A stretch of DNA of 63,106 bases, the filler included, from Reticulomyxa filosa (Eukaryota; Protista; Foraminifera): NCBI GenBank assembly GCA_000512085.1. It is 16 parts of 16 records of this genome, joined end to end, with 100 filler letters (N's around TTAATTAATTAA, not from the genome) between each part and the next. Parts side by side here need not be neighbours in the genome. Positions count along the whole stretch, not along the records: positions 20,289 to 27,963 come from ASPP01027386.1; positions 28,064 to 30,163 come from ASPP01003729.1; positions 30,264 to 43,288 come from ASPP01005298.1; 13 more parts are not named here. One strand, written 5' to 3'. Numbering within the stretch: position 1 is the first letter of the stretch; each line of letters starts with the position of its first letter. This document shows, one piece after another, positions 26,213 through 38,333 of this stretch. Made by a program: the position numbers and the translations under genes. The notes under the pieces are model-generated. The model had not been told where the DNA came from. It saw only the letters and a list, made by a program, of their open reading frames with translations, and ran no database searches.

Positions 26213-27810
26213 TAGCTTGACTTGTTTGGCATTGAACAAAAAAAAAGAAAAAGAATGATAATGAAAAAATGACTCGTACGATTGTTATCAACATATAATC
26301 GATTCATTAAGAGAAGAAAAAGAAAAAGAAGAGAAAAAAGATGAAAAACAACAAGTGATAGTATTACAAGGAAAATCAGGATCAGGAAAAAGTCTATTTT
26401 GTCGTCGTTTAGAAGAAACATTGTGGGAATAATATAAAAATCATTCCACAACATCTATTCCTGTTTATATCTCATTACCAAATTGTTATAATGAATTAAA
26501 TGAAAAACAAATAATTTCTCATGCATTACAAATGAAACAAATCAATAAAGAAATAATGGACGTTGTTCGTGAAAATATTTCATTTATATTTATTTTTGAC
26601 AAATATGATAAAAGTAATAATAATGAAAGATATTTTCATAATAGATTGATATTCATGTTAAAAATATTTCAACTAAATTATCAGAATTAAGAGTTCAAAC
26701 AAATCCAAAAAAAATCAAATTGGCATTTCAACAATATTGTCAAAATCTAGAATTTGAAATGTTTATGCAAGGAAATCAAATTGCAACTGAAAATGATTAT
26801 AAAGATATGAAAATGATAATATTTGGAGCACTGGATCCATCAATGGAAATGGAGATTAAACATATGGATGAAAAATTAAAGTTAAAAACAAATGAGGACA
26901 AAACATCTGTTGAAAAAATACATGATATTTGGGAACAATATTTCAATGTGATAGTATTGCTGCAGCAAATGCAATTACTATACTCAATTCGGGTAATGTT
27001 GATATGGAATAATATAAAAATTCCTTACGCAATTTTAAATCATGCATTCTTGAAAGAACTGATTTTAGTAATGCCAATTTAAATCATGTATATTTTTATC
27101 AAACTTGCTTAGCCAAAGTCAATTTTACAAATGTATCAATGAATAATATTCTTTGGAAGGGCATCAGATGTAGTAAAGGGAATCAAATTCTTATCAGATG
27201 GAATAAAATAGTATCGTATTCAGATGATAAAACAATTCGCATATGGGATGCATCCTCAAGAAAACAACTTCATATACTAAAAGGACATTCAGATGAAATA
27301 AATGCGGTACAGTTTTCACATGACGGTTCGAAAATTGTGTCATGGAATACAACGATTATAATATGGGATACATTATTAGGTCAACAAATTCAACTGTTGG
27401 AAGGACATTCATGGCTTGTACATGCAGTAGAATTTTCATAGATGATTCTAAGATTGCATCTTGTCCATTCGATGGAACTATTCGAATATGGGATGTATTA
27501 TCAGGAAAACAACTTCAATTATTGAATAGACATTCCGATATTGTAATGGACTCACAATTTTTGTCAGATGGCATAAGATTATATCCTGTTCATGGGATAA
27601 TACAATTAGACTGTGGAATACGTTATCTGGTACACAAATTCAGATATTTGAAGGACATAAAAATACTGTATATGTGATACAACTTTCACCAGATGGTTCT
27701 AAATGTTTATCATATTCATCGGATAAAACAATTAGAGTATGGGACATAAAATCAGGAAATCAAATTTTTCGTTAGAGGGGCATGAAAATGAATTAACTGA
27801 AGCACAACTA
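26213..27810 (+). pseudogene. Degenerate NACHT + pentapeptide + WD40 (NLR-like) gene
   Basis: VIVLQGKSGSGKSLFCRRLEETLW* (Walker A) near 26350-26430, IAAANAITIL-like segment and WD40 repeats, with many stops and frameshifts; cut by a TIR element at 27811. Confidence 0.85.
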
Positions 27811-27963
27811 CAGTAGGTTGCAAAGAAAACTGAACGCCTAAAACATATCTTATGATGATAATTGATTTTCTCAATGAAAAATCAACATTTAGACCTAATT
27901 TTTTTTTTTTAAAATATGTACAAGTCTTGTAGTTTTTAAATATGATATTGATTTTTTAATAAC
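27811..27963. mobile_element. TIR-family end at a contig break
   Basis: TA|CAGTAGGTTGCAAAGAAAACTGAACGCCTAAAACATATCTTATG...; near-identical (inverted) to 30264-30361 and 60542-60623. Confidence 0.85.
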
Positions 27964-28137
27964 NNNNNNNNNNNNNNNNNNNNNNNNNNNNNNNNNNNNN
28001 NNNNNNNTTAATTAATTAANNNNNNNNNNNNNNNNNNNNNNNNNNNNNNNNNNNNNNNNNNNNTTTTTTTTTTAAAAATTGTTCGTTGGATGTGAACAAA
28101 AAAGGAAAGGGAGCAAAAACAAAAAAAATGGAGGGAT

Positions 28138-29234
28138 TTAGGAATGTGACTCCTGGATAGGGTCAGAGTCAATCTGTTGGTAGTTTCCACTACCAATATC
28201 TTGATAAGTGTGAGTACTACGAGAGTCATGAGCAGCATTGTCTTGCTTGGCGGGATCAGTACCTCCTTGATTGAACGATTCATTGTGGCCATTGGCAAAG
28301 CTACCTCCCCGAGTGTTCGTATGAAGCGAAGGCAATTTGCCAATTCCAAACCAAGCATATAAATAGTAGGCAGGTTCCAATTGGAGCACTGGTTGTTCGT
28401 TTTCATCGCCTTTCCATACTTTCAACACTGCCAACAAGAAATACAATAAGCCCAGCCATAAAATGCCCCAAAGTCCGACAAAGACCTTTTTTTTTTTTTT
28501 TTTTTTTTGTTCAAACAATGCAGAGATTAAATCATTTTGGAAAATTTTTTAATGTTTTTTTTTTTAATAATAATAATAAATTGTATGAAACGTGCACACA
28601 CGATACATCTCTATGTCACTTAATGTATATATGTATATGTATACAAAGTGATAGTGACAAAGACATAACTCCCCAGTTTGCAGCATATCCGATAACTCCA
28701 AATAAATGCCAAAACAAAATAAAGAAAAGAGTTCTCACCCAAGTGCCGGCGATGAGGTCCCATTTGAACCCGTGAAAGTTTTGACAGAATGACAAAAATG
28801 CAAATGCAAATGGCGTCCACACGTTCACGAAAATGTTCGGCTCCAATGAAAATACTGAACGCCAATACACTTCGTTGATGTCCGTTTCTTTTCATCATTT
28901 CATTTCAGGTTAATTGTCGTTTTTTTTTTTTTTTTGACCAGTCCCCACATTCACCACCAAAAAATGACGTTTAAAAAAACTAGTTTAAAATTCAACTAAA
29001 AAAGAGATGGACAAAACTGAGATCATTGCGGGTCAACCACGCTAAATTTCTGCCAACACAATCATACCCTGGACCTCCGTCTCCTTTGCAACTGTCCACT
29101 TCGAATTGGATGTTTAAATGAACGAACGCCCCCAAAATCGACAGAAACGAAAACACAAAGTACGACCAACGAGCAGCTGCTTTCAAACCATGAAATGTTT
29201 CCATGGAACCATTTTTATCTAATGATTCATACAT
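28138..29234 (-). CDS. Multi-exon membrane protein of unknown function
   Basis: Exonic ORFs with about 4-5 hydrophobic helices and a small Cys-containing loop (DSCKGDGGPGYDCVG), separated by poly-A/T introns. Confidence 0.55.
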
Positions 29235-29614
29235 TATCAGATGCAAGTCGTTTCAACTTTTTTTATTGAACGTTAATCTGAGGAAATGCCCTTTTTTCCT
29301 GTCCTTTTTCTCGTAAAGGACACGAACAATATGCTACAACTGAATTTTGGGCTACATAGAAACAGCCTTTGCAAATGCATGTTTTTCGAAGTGCAAAACC
29401 AAAAGATAACCTATTTCTCAGTAGTAGGATTGATATGATTGATCTTTCGTTAAGAAATTTGAAAACAAAATTAGCAAATCGCGATAGTCAAACAGAACAT
29501 TTGGAAGAGAACAACAGAAACGTTGCAAGTTGCTTGCACGTTCTTGGCATTTTTGTTTTACAAATGCTTGTGCCAACAATTTCGAAATCATAATGTTTCC
29601 AATTATCGATCAAG

Positions 29615-30114
29615 TTACACTAGCTCTAGTTCTGAATTTTGAGTATGTAGAGAGACAATCAATTGGTATCCACCAGTGGTACATTTATTCAAGTTGGTAA
29701 AAGCCACGCCGTAATTGGTGCCGCCTATCGTGTATGACAGTTCATATCTCTGTAAATCCAAGTCCATTGTTATCGTTTCTCCGACGTCTTTTATTATTTT
29801 TCCATAATTGCTTATGCTCCCATTGTGTAAATATGTGCCCGAAGTATGACTATAAAAGGCCTTTGCGAGTTGTAGATTACCAGAACCACAATGTGTGTTC
29901 AATTGACTCGATGTAATGGTTTGATTCTCAATCAAAAACACTCCAGCCATTACATATGGACATGGTTGAGTTAATTTCAATGTCCATTTGTATTTCATGC
30001 CGTTTTTGATCACTCTTTTTCCAATACAACTACGCCAGGTATTGACGAGATTATGTTTTATTTTGCGTTTATCAATAATTTGCATTGAGTCACCACAAAC
30101 GCTCCATTCATCGC
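29615..30114 (-). CDS. SPRY/B30.2-like domain, final exon
   Basis: YKWTLKL...VMAGV...YGK...GETITMDLDLQRYELSYTIGGTNYGVAF...YQLIVSL: SPRY-type beta-sandwich pattern. Confidence 0.7.
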
Positions 30115-30263
30115 CTAATTGTTACATTTATTCTTATAAGCATTGGAAAAAAAAAAGAAGTAANNNNNNNNNNNNNNNNNNNNNNNNNNNNNNNNNNNNN
30201 NNNNNNNTTAATTAATTAANNNNNNNNNNNNNNNNNNNNNNNNNNNNNNNNNNNNNNNNNNNN

Positions 30264-30361
30264 AAAAAAAATTAGGTCTAAATGTTGATTTTTTCATGGA
30301 GAAAATCAATTATCATTATAAGATATGTTTTATGCGTTCAGTTTTTTTTTGCAACCTACTG
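30264..30361. mobile_element. TIR-family end, adjoining the 3' end of the Gypsy integrase
   Basis: ...ATAAGATATGTTTTATGCGTTCAGTTTTTTTTTGCAACCTACTG|TA. Confidence 0.85.
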
Positions 30362-33295
30362 TAATAAAGGTGAAATTTTGTCCAGTGATTCCAATAATGT
30401 TCTTTTTGCTACTGTTGGAATTTAGTTTCTTCAGCTTTGACACATGCATAATTTTTTCAAATCCCTTGTCATTTTTTATTTTAAGATTTACTGGACTGGT
30501 GCGCTGAATGACGGCATAAGGTCCCAAATTTTGCATTAACTTTGCTTTATTACCAACTCTTTGATCTACAAACAATAATACTGAATCTCCAATTTCGAAA
30601 TTATCTTTATGTTTTTGTTTGTTTTCATATTTTATTCATTTTCTATTTAATTATCTTGTGCTCGCAACGTATCACTTCGCAACATTTGCAACTGCTTTTG
30701 CAAGGCGTTCTGGTACTCAAATATCGATTCATGTACATACTAATCTTTTTTTTCTAGCAATCTCAATTTAATGTCTGATATCAGTTGAAATTTTTGCCAT
30801 ACACCAATTCATGTGGACTTATCATAGTCATTTTGTTTGAAGTTATGTTGCATGATGTCACAATTGATGGCAAGAATGAATCCCAATAATCGCCGTTTGT
30901 GAAATCTAAATCGCGATCTACTGCAATGGTAACGAATGGTGCTGTGGATGAAAAATGTTGCAATTCGCCAATATTTTTCCAACGGACGATTTTGCAACTT
31001 GTCGTGTAAATCATGTTTTGATGTCATCCACCATTCCTGGCTAATATAGCCTTTCTTGAATAATCGCTGTCATTCGTTGTGTGCCTTGATGTTGAGCCAG
31101 TGCATGAGAATGAAAGTAATTAATTTTATCTTTGTGAAATTTTTTATTTTTATTTTTGATTTGAATAATATAGTCTTGGATAATGGATAATCTCTTGTCG
31201 TTTTGCTGTGCATTCAGTAAATTTTGTTTCTCGAACATTCCGTCATAATCACGAATCTCGCAGCTGGACGCAAATGCTTTTCTATTTGTTCTACCTTATC
31301 AATCATTTGATTATTGTTGTTGTTATGTGGTACCAACTTTTCCATGTTGTTTCGTTGAGATCTTGTCATTACCAACAACTTTTTGCTTAACTCCAACGAT
31401 TTTGGATGTTTCTACAAGAAATCTACGATAATATTTGGAAGGTTGCATGTGCATTAGTGAATCCAAGCTCATTCTGTTCCATTCATATAATCCTATTAGT
31501 GTAATGAAAGCGATTTTATGACAATCCTTTTCCCTAATATACATTTAAGTAATCGGATCTTAAGTCTAGTTTAGAAAAAATTCGTTTATGTGCTAATTTC
31601 TTCATCAGATCATTAATGTTTGTCAATAGCCATTGTTTCTTGTTGTTTACTGTATCTTTTAAATTCATTTCATTTATTCCCTTTGTCAACAGAAACATTT
31701 CGATTTTGAAGTTTTAAGCTAATATCTGTCGACTATTTACCTTTCCATGATATAGTACGCTTTTGTGGTTTCGTCATTATTTCTTAACTTTAAAACAAAA
31801 AATTTTTCTCTAGTTATAGTTTGTTTCATTGTATTTATTAATGCTATATCTATCAAGCACGTTCCAATTCTTTGAAGTTGTATCTCCGAAATGCATCTGA
31901 CTTGTAAAATTTTTGTTTCTAGATCTAATTTCTTCTTCTTATCGATATTATACGAATTCAAGGGTTTCATTGTTTCTTCCAATGTGATGGATTTCTATCT
32001 TATAACAACCTTCTCACGATACCACTCAAAGAGTCCAGCAACGCTTCCATTAATCTCTCGTCAGAAGGTTTCAACCTCTTTCTTGATTTGATATCGCATT
32101 CATAAGTTTAATCCAATTCTAATTTCAATGCAAACTTCTCTTGTCTCCAACGCAGCAAAATATCTACATATTCTTCACCAAGTCTTGTGGTAAACTGAAC
32201 TAAATCAGATTCTATATTTTACTTGATGTTTTCATCCAAACATCTTAAACATCAAATTAATCATTTCGTCAAATATCGTATGTTCTTCTGCATGTGCCAT
32301 TTCCTGCGCTTCAAGATACAAATACTATTACAACACACAACGCAAACAAAATTTATCATGTAATTGATATGTAGCTTTCCAAACCAAAAATTGTCGTTAG
32401 TAACGAGTAAAATCATTTCTATTTCCATCAAAAAGTTGTCGAAAGCGATTATGTGCATCCATTACCAACCTTAATGTATTATCGTTACCACATGCAATTT
32501 CCTGGTCTTCATTACTATTCATTGATCTGCCAATTAAGGTTTTTCACTTAATATTAGTATTCCATAAGGCGCATTAAGTTCCATACTTGAACTTACACCG
32601 ACATCCACTGCATGTTGATGTCTCATCAACGAAACCTTTTCTTTCAACGAATGCTCTAATTTTGTGACATGTTTTTGCAAAGTCGATAATTGCCTTCTCA
32701 ATGATATTTCCTCGACGATGTCAGCATTCAATACTGATACAAGATTCAAATTATCATTGACCTCGTTCTCCAAATTATTCACCTCCTGAGTCTCCATTAA
32801 CAGCCTCGTATTATCGTTTTCCACCTTGTTGCCATTTGCTTTCAATATTTTGCAATGTGCAAATAATCTCAATCTTGACTAGACCACCGATTCGTTATCC
32901 TTCACAACTTCTCCTAACTCAGCTAACTGTTGTCTCAAGGCTTCCTGACTCATAGCCATTATTTGTTCATTGGTGGATAACGTTGCATCATTATTCTGTG
33001 GTGCCGATGATTTTTTTTTTTTTGTTCGTTCGCTAAACAGTGGATGCCAAATGTAGGAAGATTGAGGTAACACCTTTTTATTGAATCTTTTATACTGTAT
33101 ATATTTTTTTAAAACTAACACATATTTCAAAAGGAAATTTCTTAAAATTTGCTAGTTTGAATTAATTCTCTTCATCCAACATATTTAAATTTTGATGAAA
33201 GATCTATAGTTCAAAGACGTTGATTGCTGCGATTAGATATTTGATTTGCTAATAAGATAACGAAAGTTTAAAAAATTCGAATTATTGTACCTGCA
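30362..33295 (-). mobile_element. Decayed Ty3/Gypsy LTR retrotransposon (LTR end, PBS, gag, RT and integrase remnants)
   Basis: RT fragment KIAFITLIGLYEWNRM; integrase FHSHALAQHQG...Y*PGM, PFVTIAVD, WDSFLP...SPHELVYG and GPY motif; RT-before-IN order; LTR end CTTCCTACA at 33052 followed by TT-TGGCATCCACTG. Outer LTR boundary at 33295 is tentative. Confidence 0.88.
33038..33049 (-). promoter_or_regulatory. Putative tRNA primer-binding site
   Basis: TGGCATCCACTG starts 2 nt after the LTR-terminal CA and is complementary to a tRNA ending ...GUGGAUGCCA. Confidence 0.7.
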
Positions 33296-33510
33296 TGTGA
33301 ACCGCAGTTTTTAGTTTTGTTCTCGCATCATCGTCTCACAATTTCAAAGTTTAATCAATTTTGATTTTGACAATAATCCATTGGAATAATTTCCAATCAA
33401 AATAAGGAGTGACACGACAAGAACAAAGAAAAACAAAAAAGAGATCCTCAAATGGTAGTTCAATGAAACTGTTTCGCTTTTCTCTTTTTGTTTTTTGTCT
33501 TTTACTTCTT

Positions 33511-34380
33511 TTAACGATATCTCCACAATTGTGTTCTTTGTCTTCGTTTCCAGTTGGATCGCACTGATGGTCTTTTTTTGTGTGCCAAATGACCTTTTCT
33601 GCGTAATCCTCTGTGCTTTCGTCCCGCAGATGTTAAACCACGGGCTTCTCTTCGTTTGTGTTGTGCACGACAGATCCAATTTATTTTTGGATCGGCTTGC
33701 ACTCGCTATTTTTAGCAGTATTTTTAAATGAGGACCACACCTTACAACTTTAGGAAAATATGCGAGTTTTCGTGCAATAAAAAAATTTTTTTGTCATAGA
33801 AATCAACTTTGTGTCTTGGATCAACCAATATGACTTCATACCACTTATATGAACCATCTTCTGTGACATGATAACTGTTTAATACACGCAAGTTCGCTGC
33901 TATTTTACCTACTCGCTCTTCTGCTATGCTTCGTAAGTTCTTCGTATTTTTCAATTGGTTGATACCCTAAAAATTATGTTGTGCTTTTTTTTCCCCTTTT
34001 GTACTACTGGTCTTTCTTACAACAAAACTTGGTTGGCTGGTTTTCCATAAACAACACCCTTGCGGTTAGGTCTACGCCGGCCACCTCTCTTCACTCGAAC
34101 ACGATACACAACAAATCCAGGAACTCGTTTGTATCCTAACATATGGGCTTTGTCTGGACGTGTCGGACGAGTAGTGCGATGGACTCTAGGCAATTGACGA
34201 TAGTTCCATGCTCGAATACGTTTCAAAAAACGCAACACATCACTTTGCTTTTTTTTCCACAGTTCACTGATATATTTATAGCCACCTGTTTGTTTGTCAC
34301 AAGTTTAAAGCAACCATACACTGTTTTCTTTCCTTTTCTCTTTTTCTTTTTTAATGCAATATCTCGTCTACTTAACCCAT
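33511..34380 (-). CDS. RPL15: 60S ribosomal protein L15 (eL15), 4 exons
   Basis: ATGG|intron|GT GGC TAT gives [21 protein letters not shown]...[14 protein letters not shown]...AEERVG...NLRVLNSY...[19 protein letters not shown]...LWRYR. Confidence 0.97.
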
Positions 34381-34521
34381 ATCTCTTTGAAAAACTTACA
34401 GATCAGGTTTTGATTGCACTGATATGAGTTCAAGTTAAAAAAATACTTGTTTTCTAGTTAAAGTTCCCACGCGGTAGAATTTTGTTTGCAACGACATAAG
34501 ATTTCATCGGTTTTAGCTGAA

Positions 34522-36690
34522 ATGGATTGGGTGCTAAGCGCGTTTCAATCTGTGGACAGATTGACAGTTATTTAATAGGAATTTTATCACGTGGAGTATT
34601 TTTAGTTCTTCGAGCACCTATCTACTTACTACTAGTTTCAACAAAAAGGACCCTTGCCGATTATGGATGCATCATCAGGGCCATCTTTTGAGCTTTTGGT
34701 TCAACCAAATGCCGTCTTTAAAGCAGTAGATCTTCCTCATGGACACTTACACACCCGGTACATAGGAGGAGGGGAGAAGGGGCGGCGTGTGAAACAAAAT
34801 GCAACAAACAAAAAGAAAAAAGCAGAAGATAATCCATCGATTGGACGAAATAATAACAATTCAACCTGAAAAATCTCCAAAACAAAAAGGAGAACAAGTC
34901 AATTGGAAATTAGAAGAAGTGTCAATTGCATCGTTACCAAACGTTTCCTGTCGAAGATGGATCCCCTCGAATAACGTAACAACGACAAAAGGAGCAAAAA
35001 ATCAATCAAACGTGTCAATTCTGCGTTATAACGTAAGTTTAATAGCCAAATAACATTACCATTGTTTGATGACCTGGCAAATCGAGTACACTCTACAGAA
35101 CAAATAAAAAAAGGACGAAGAATATCGTCAGCTCTGTTCGTCGCGAGATTGGATGCGAAATGAAACTGATATTTTGTTGAAATTGTGTGAAGAGTTTGAC
35201 TTACGTTGGGTCGTGATTGCGGACCGTTACAATGGACAATTGAGAGAATTGAACGAGCAGAAGGAAAGAAAAGAAAACGAACGAGAAAAGGAAGGAGGAG
35301 ACGATGATGGTGATGATACCAATGAGGATAACGATGATGATAGCGACGATGACGACAATAGTGACGATACAATAAACACGTTTGAAAGAGAAACCATAAA
35401 AAATAAAAAACAAAGCGCAAACAAAACACAGAAAATGCAATATGAATGAACCAGTGTGGAATCGGTCGAAGTCATTGGAGGATTTAAAAGAAAGATTTTA
35501 CTCTATCCAAAATGCTTTGTACAAACATCGAAAACTATCTTCACAAGGACAACAAGTGACTATTAAAAAAGAAGAGGACAACAATGTCGAGCACGATTCC
35601 AATGGTAATCTCACCTCCACTTCTACTTCCACTCTTTCTCAAAGCAATTCAGATCAAAGTGCTGTCTTTTTTGAATACAACCGAGAACGAGATCAACGGA
35701 GAAGACAAGAGTTGGAAAAAATACTCATGCGAAGCTATGAAGAGGTATGCATCATTTCTCTCACACTTTACTGTTCTCGTTGTATCTTTTTGTTTGCTCC
35801 ACATAAAGGAAATGGAATTATGCGATGCGATCGAGCATCAACGAAGAACGGAACTAAAGCTAAAACGGGAAATCGAGCAAACCAAAAAAAGGCATGACGA
35901 ACTGCTGGCACAAAAACAATGGATTGAAATGAGAGCAAATGATCCTAAAGTGAAAGCTGAATCGAATATTGGCTATGGAGGAATATTTGGCCAGAATATT
36001 GGATATGGTGTCATTGTCCAAGACAACACTAAGCCATCTGTTATATTCATATACATACATGTACACATACATATACGTACACACATATATGCCGTATTTG
36101 CTTGTTTTTTCGCACTTACTTTGCTTTTTCAATTACAGGTCGAATGCAATGGCGGTCCCTTGCATGATTTACCAAAAGGAGTTATTCCTACAGGTCCACA
36201 CTACGTCAAAAAATATTTAACGGCAACACACCTGGATGTAATGGACAAGAGAGTTTACACAGTTGAAATTGAAAATGAAAAATGTAATGTCAAATTTCCG
36301 TACAAAGAACCTAAATCAAGTAACAACTCTTCCTTTTCTCACAGCTCCACGCGAGAGACAAGTCCATCTCCTGACACCGTGGAAAATGATGACATTTCAA
36401 TGAAAGACAGAGACAAAGAGCGCTCTGCAGTTGAAGAAGAAAAGGACGAAAAGTTAGCCATCCCAGAGAGAATTGCGAAACATGTGCAAGAGCATTTGCT
36501 GAAATGGGACATTGTTCGAAAAGGCGAACTAACTCTCAACGGACCAGCCACATGTGTTACACACGCTATGTTTCACACTTTGAGAGGAGACTTGATTAAG
36601 TTTTATGCTTTGCAAGAAGCTTTAAAAAAACAAGAAGAATTGATAAAACAAAAGCTGCCTCCGAGTGTGTACAAACAACTGTTGAAGTAG
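34522..36690 (+). CDS. DMAP1: DNA methyltransferase 1-associated protein / SWC4 (SANT domain), multi-exon; start uncertain
   Basis: DEEYRQLCSSRDWMRNETDILLKLCEEFDLRWVVIADRY...KSLEDLKERFY...FEYNRERDQRRRQELE match DMAP1/Swc4 motifs; intron 35380-35431 restores the frame. Confidence 0.8.
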
Positions 36691-36833
36691 GTGCTATCCA
36701 AGGCTTTCTATTGTGCTATCATTTACGTTTTAAACTTTTCAATTCCATTTTTACACATTCTTTAAAAAGTTTTCACCTTCACACCACTATTACAGAAAAA
36801 AAACAAATTTCTCACTTTTATCAATTGTTTTTC

Positions 36834-38125
36834 CTAATCTGTTGCTTGTTCTTCCATATTTATGGATCTGGGTGTCTCACTTGAAACGTGCATAGGTTCT
36901 GGTTGCAATGCACTTGATGATCCCAATAGAGAAGTGTTTTTTGGTTTGTTGTCCGTGGTTGTCTCTTCATCTTCTTTGGGAGCAAGGTCAATTTCAATAG
37001 CTGATTTGATGGATCCACGTAACACAATTTTTTGCAGTATATAATGACATGCACAACATAACTTTTCATATGCCTTTTCGTGTGATTTGGCCATCAGTAC
37101 AATAGCCAAAGAATTGCTGATAAAGTCTAGTACGGTCAAAACGGCCATGCTTGTTGATACCAATATCAGGAATACTGATAACATAAAACATATTGAGCAC
37201 GATACCAACACACCACATTTGATCATTAAACGCGAAAGGTTCCTCTCACTCTTGTTAAGACCAACCCTTGAAACAAATAAACAAGCAGTTGTCAAAAGGC
37301 GGATGTTTCAAAAGAAAACAAAAAAGGGGATAATAACTCTCTGGCGTGTGCAATCAAAGCGAGCAAAGGCCGAATAAACAAACTCAGTGACATTAGTTGA
37401 ACCAAAAATTCTAATAACAGCATTACAAATAAAAATGCCTGATCGATTGGACGGTAATGATAGTTACAAAATCCCAAGTCTCCAACATACCACAGCATTA
37501 GCAATCTATCAAAGCTCCAAAACAAGGCAATCACAACCCATAAAAAACCTGCAACGTATACTACCCAAAAACTTAATACGTTAGCGTTTTCGAATTGCGA
37601 ACCTGAATAAGCGCTCTTTTGTGATTGAATATGTTCAAACACAAACAAAATCACTTTGTTTGAGTTATTTCAGGCACACAAAAATTTTTTTCATACTTTT
37701 ATTCGAAGAATAAATAGTGAGAACAGGAATACTTTACCCAGAATGAAACTCAGTTGTACCATTAGCAAATAGCCATCGCATCTGTTGTTTTTATGTAACT
37801 CAAATTGTTTAAAATCGCACTAGGATCAAGCATAGATTTTTTTCCTCTTCTCCTACGTTAGTTTTTTTCTTGCAACTCCGGTGACGTTCAACATGTAAGC
37901 AGTAGTCCATGACAGATATGCGATAAGCAAACAATAAGTCAGATACTTGGTCCAGTAAGAATAATTTACGAGTGCTTTGGGAGGCTGCTTAGAAGCCAAG
38001 GTTGTTGACTTTTGGCACTCGAAGTAACAATGCCAAATAATCAAAACGACGAAAAAAGAGAGAGCAATCGCCGCAATTACTATGGCAAAATCAGCATAAA
38101 AGCTTTCTTGGGTTGCGTCAACCAT
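36834..38125 (-). CDS. Putative 7TM GPCR-like protein
   Basis: About seven hydrophobic helices over four exons, last helix LDFISNSLAIVLM, then KLCCACH and a Ser/Thr-rich tail. Confidence 0.6.
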
Positions 38126-38333
38126 CTCATGTGAAAAGACAAGTAGTTATTTTCTAAAAAAGTGTCCCAGAGGTTGGACCACAATATTCTAAGGAGATCT
38201 TGTTCAAGTCGTCTCAATAAATTTCCTGAAGAAAACTAATTATTAATTTCAAGCTGATAACAAGCAAAAATACCATTTTTTTTAAATTTAAAAGGTGGAC
38301 CCAAAAAGTAAAAGAAAGAAACAAAGTATTTGA

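Noticed and set aside
6940-30114. An 'immunity island' of Mx-like, NACHT-WD40, GVIN-like and SPRY genes
   Set aside because: These lie on different contigs joined artificially; only the GVIN-like gene and the NACHT pseudogene are truly linked.
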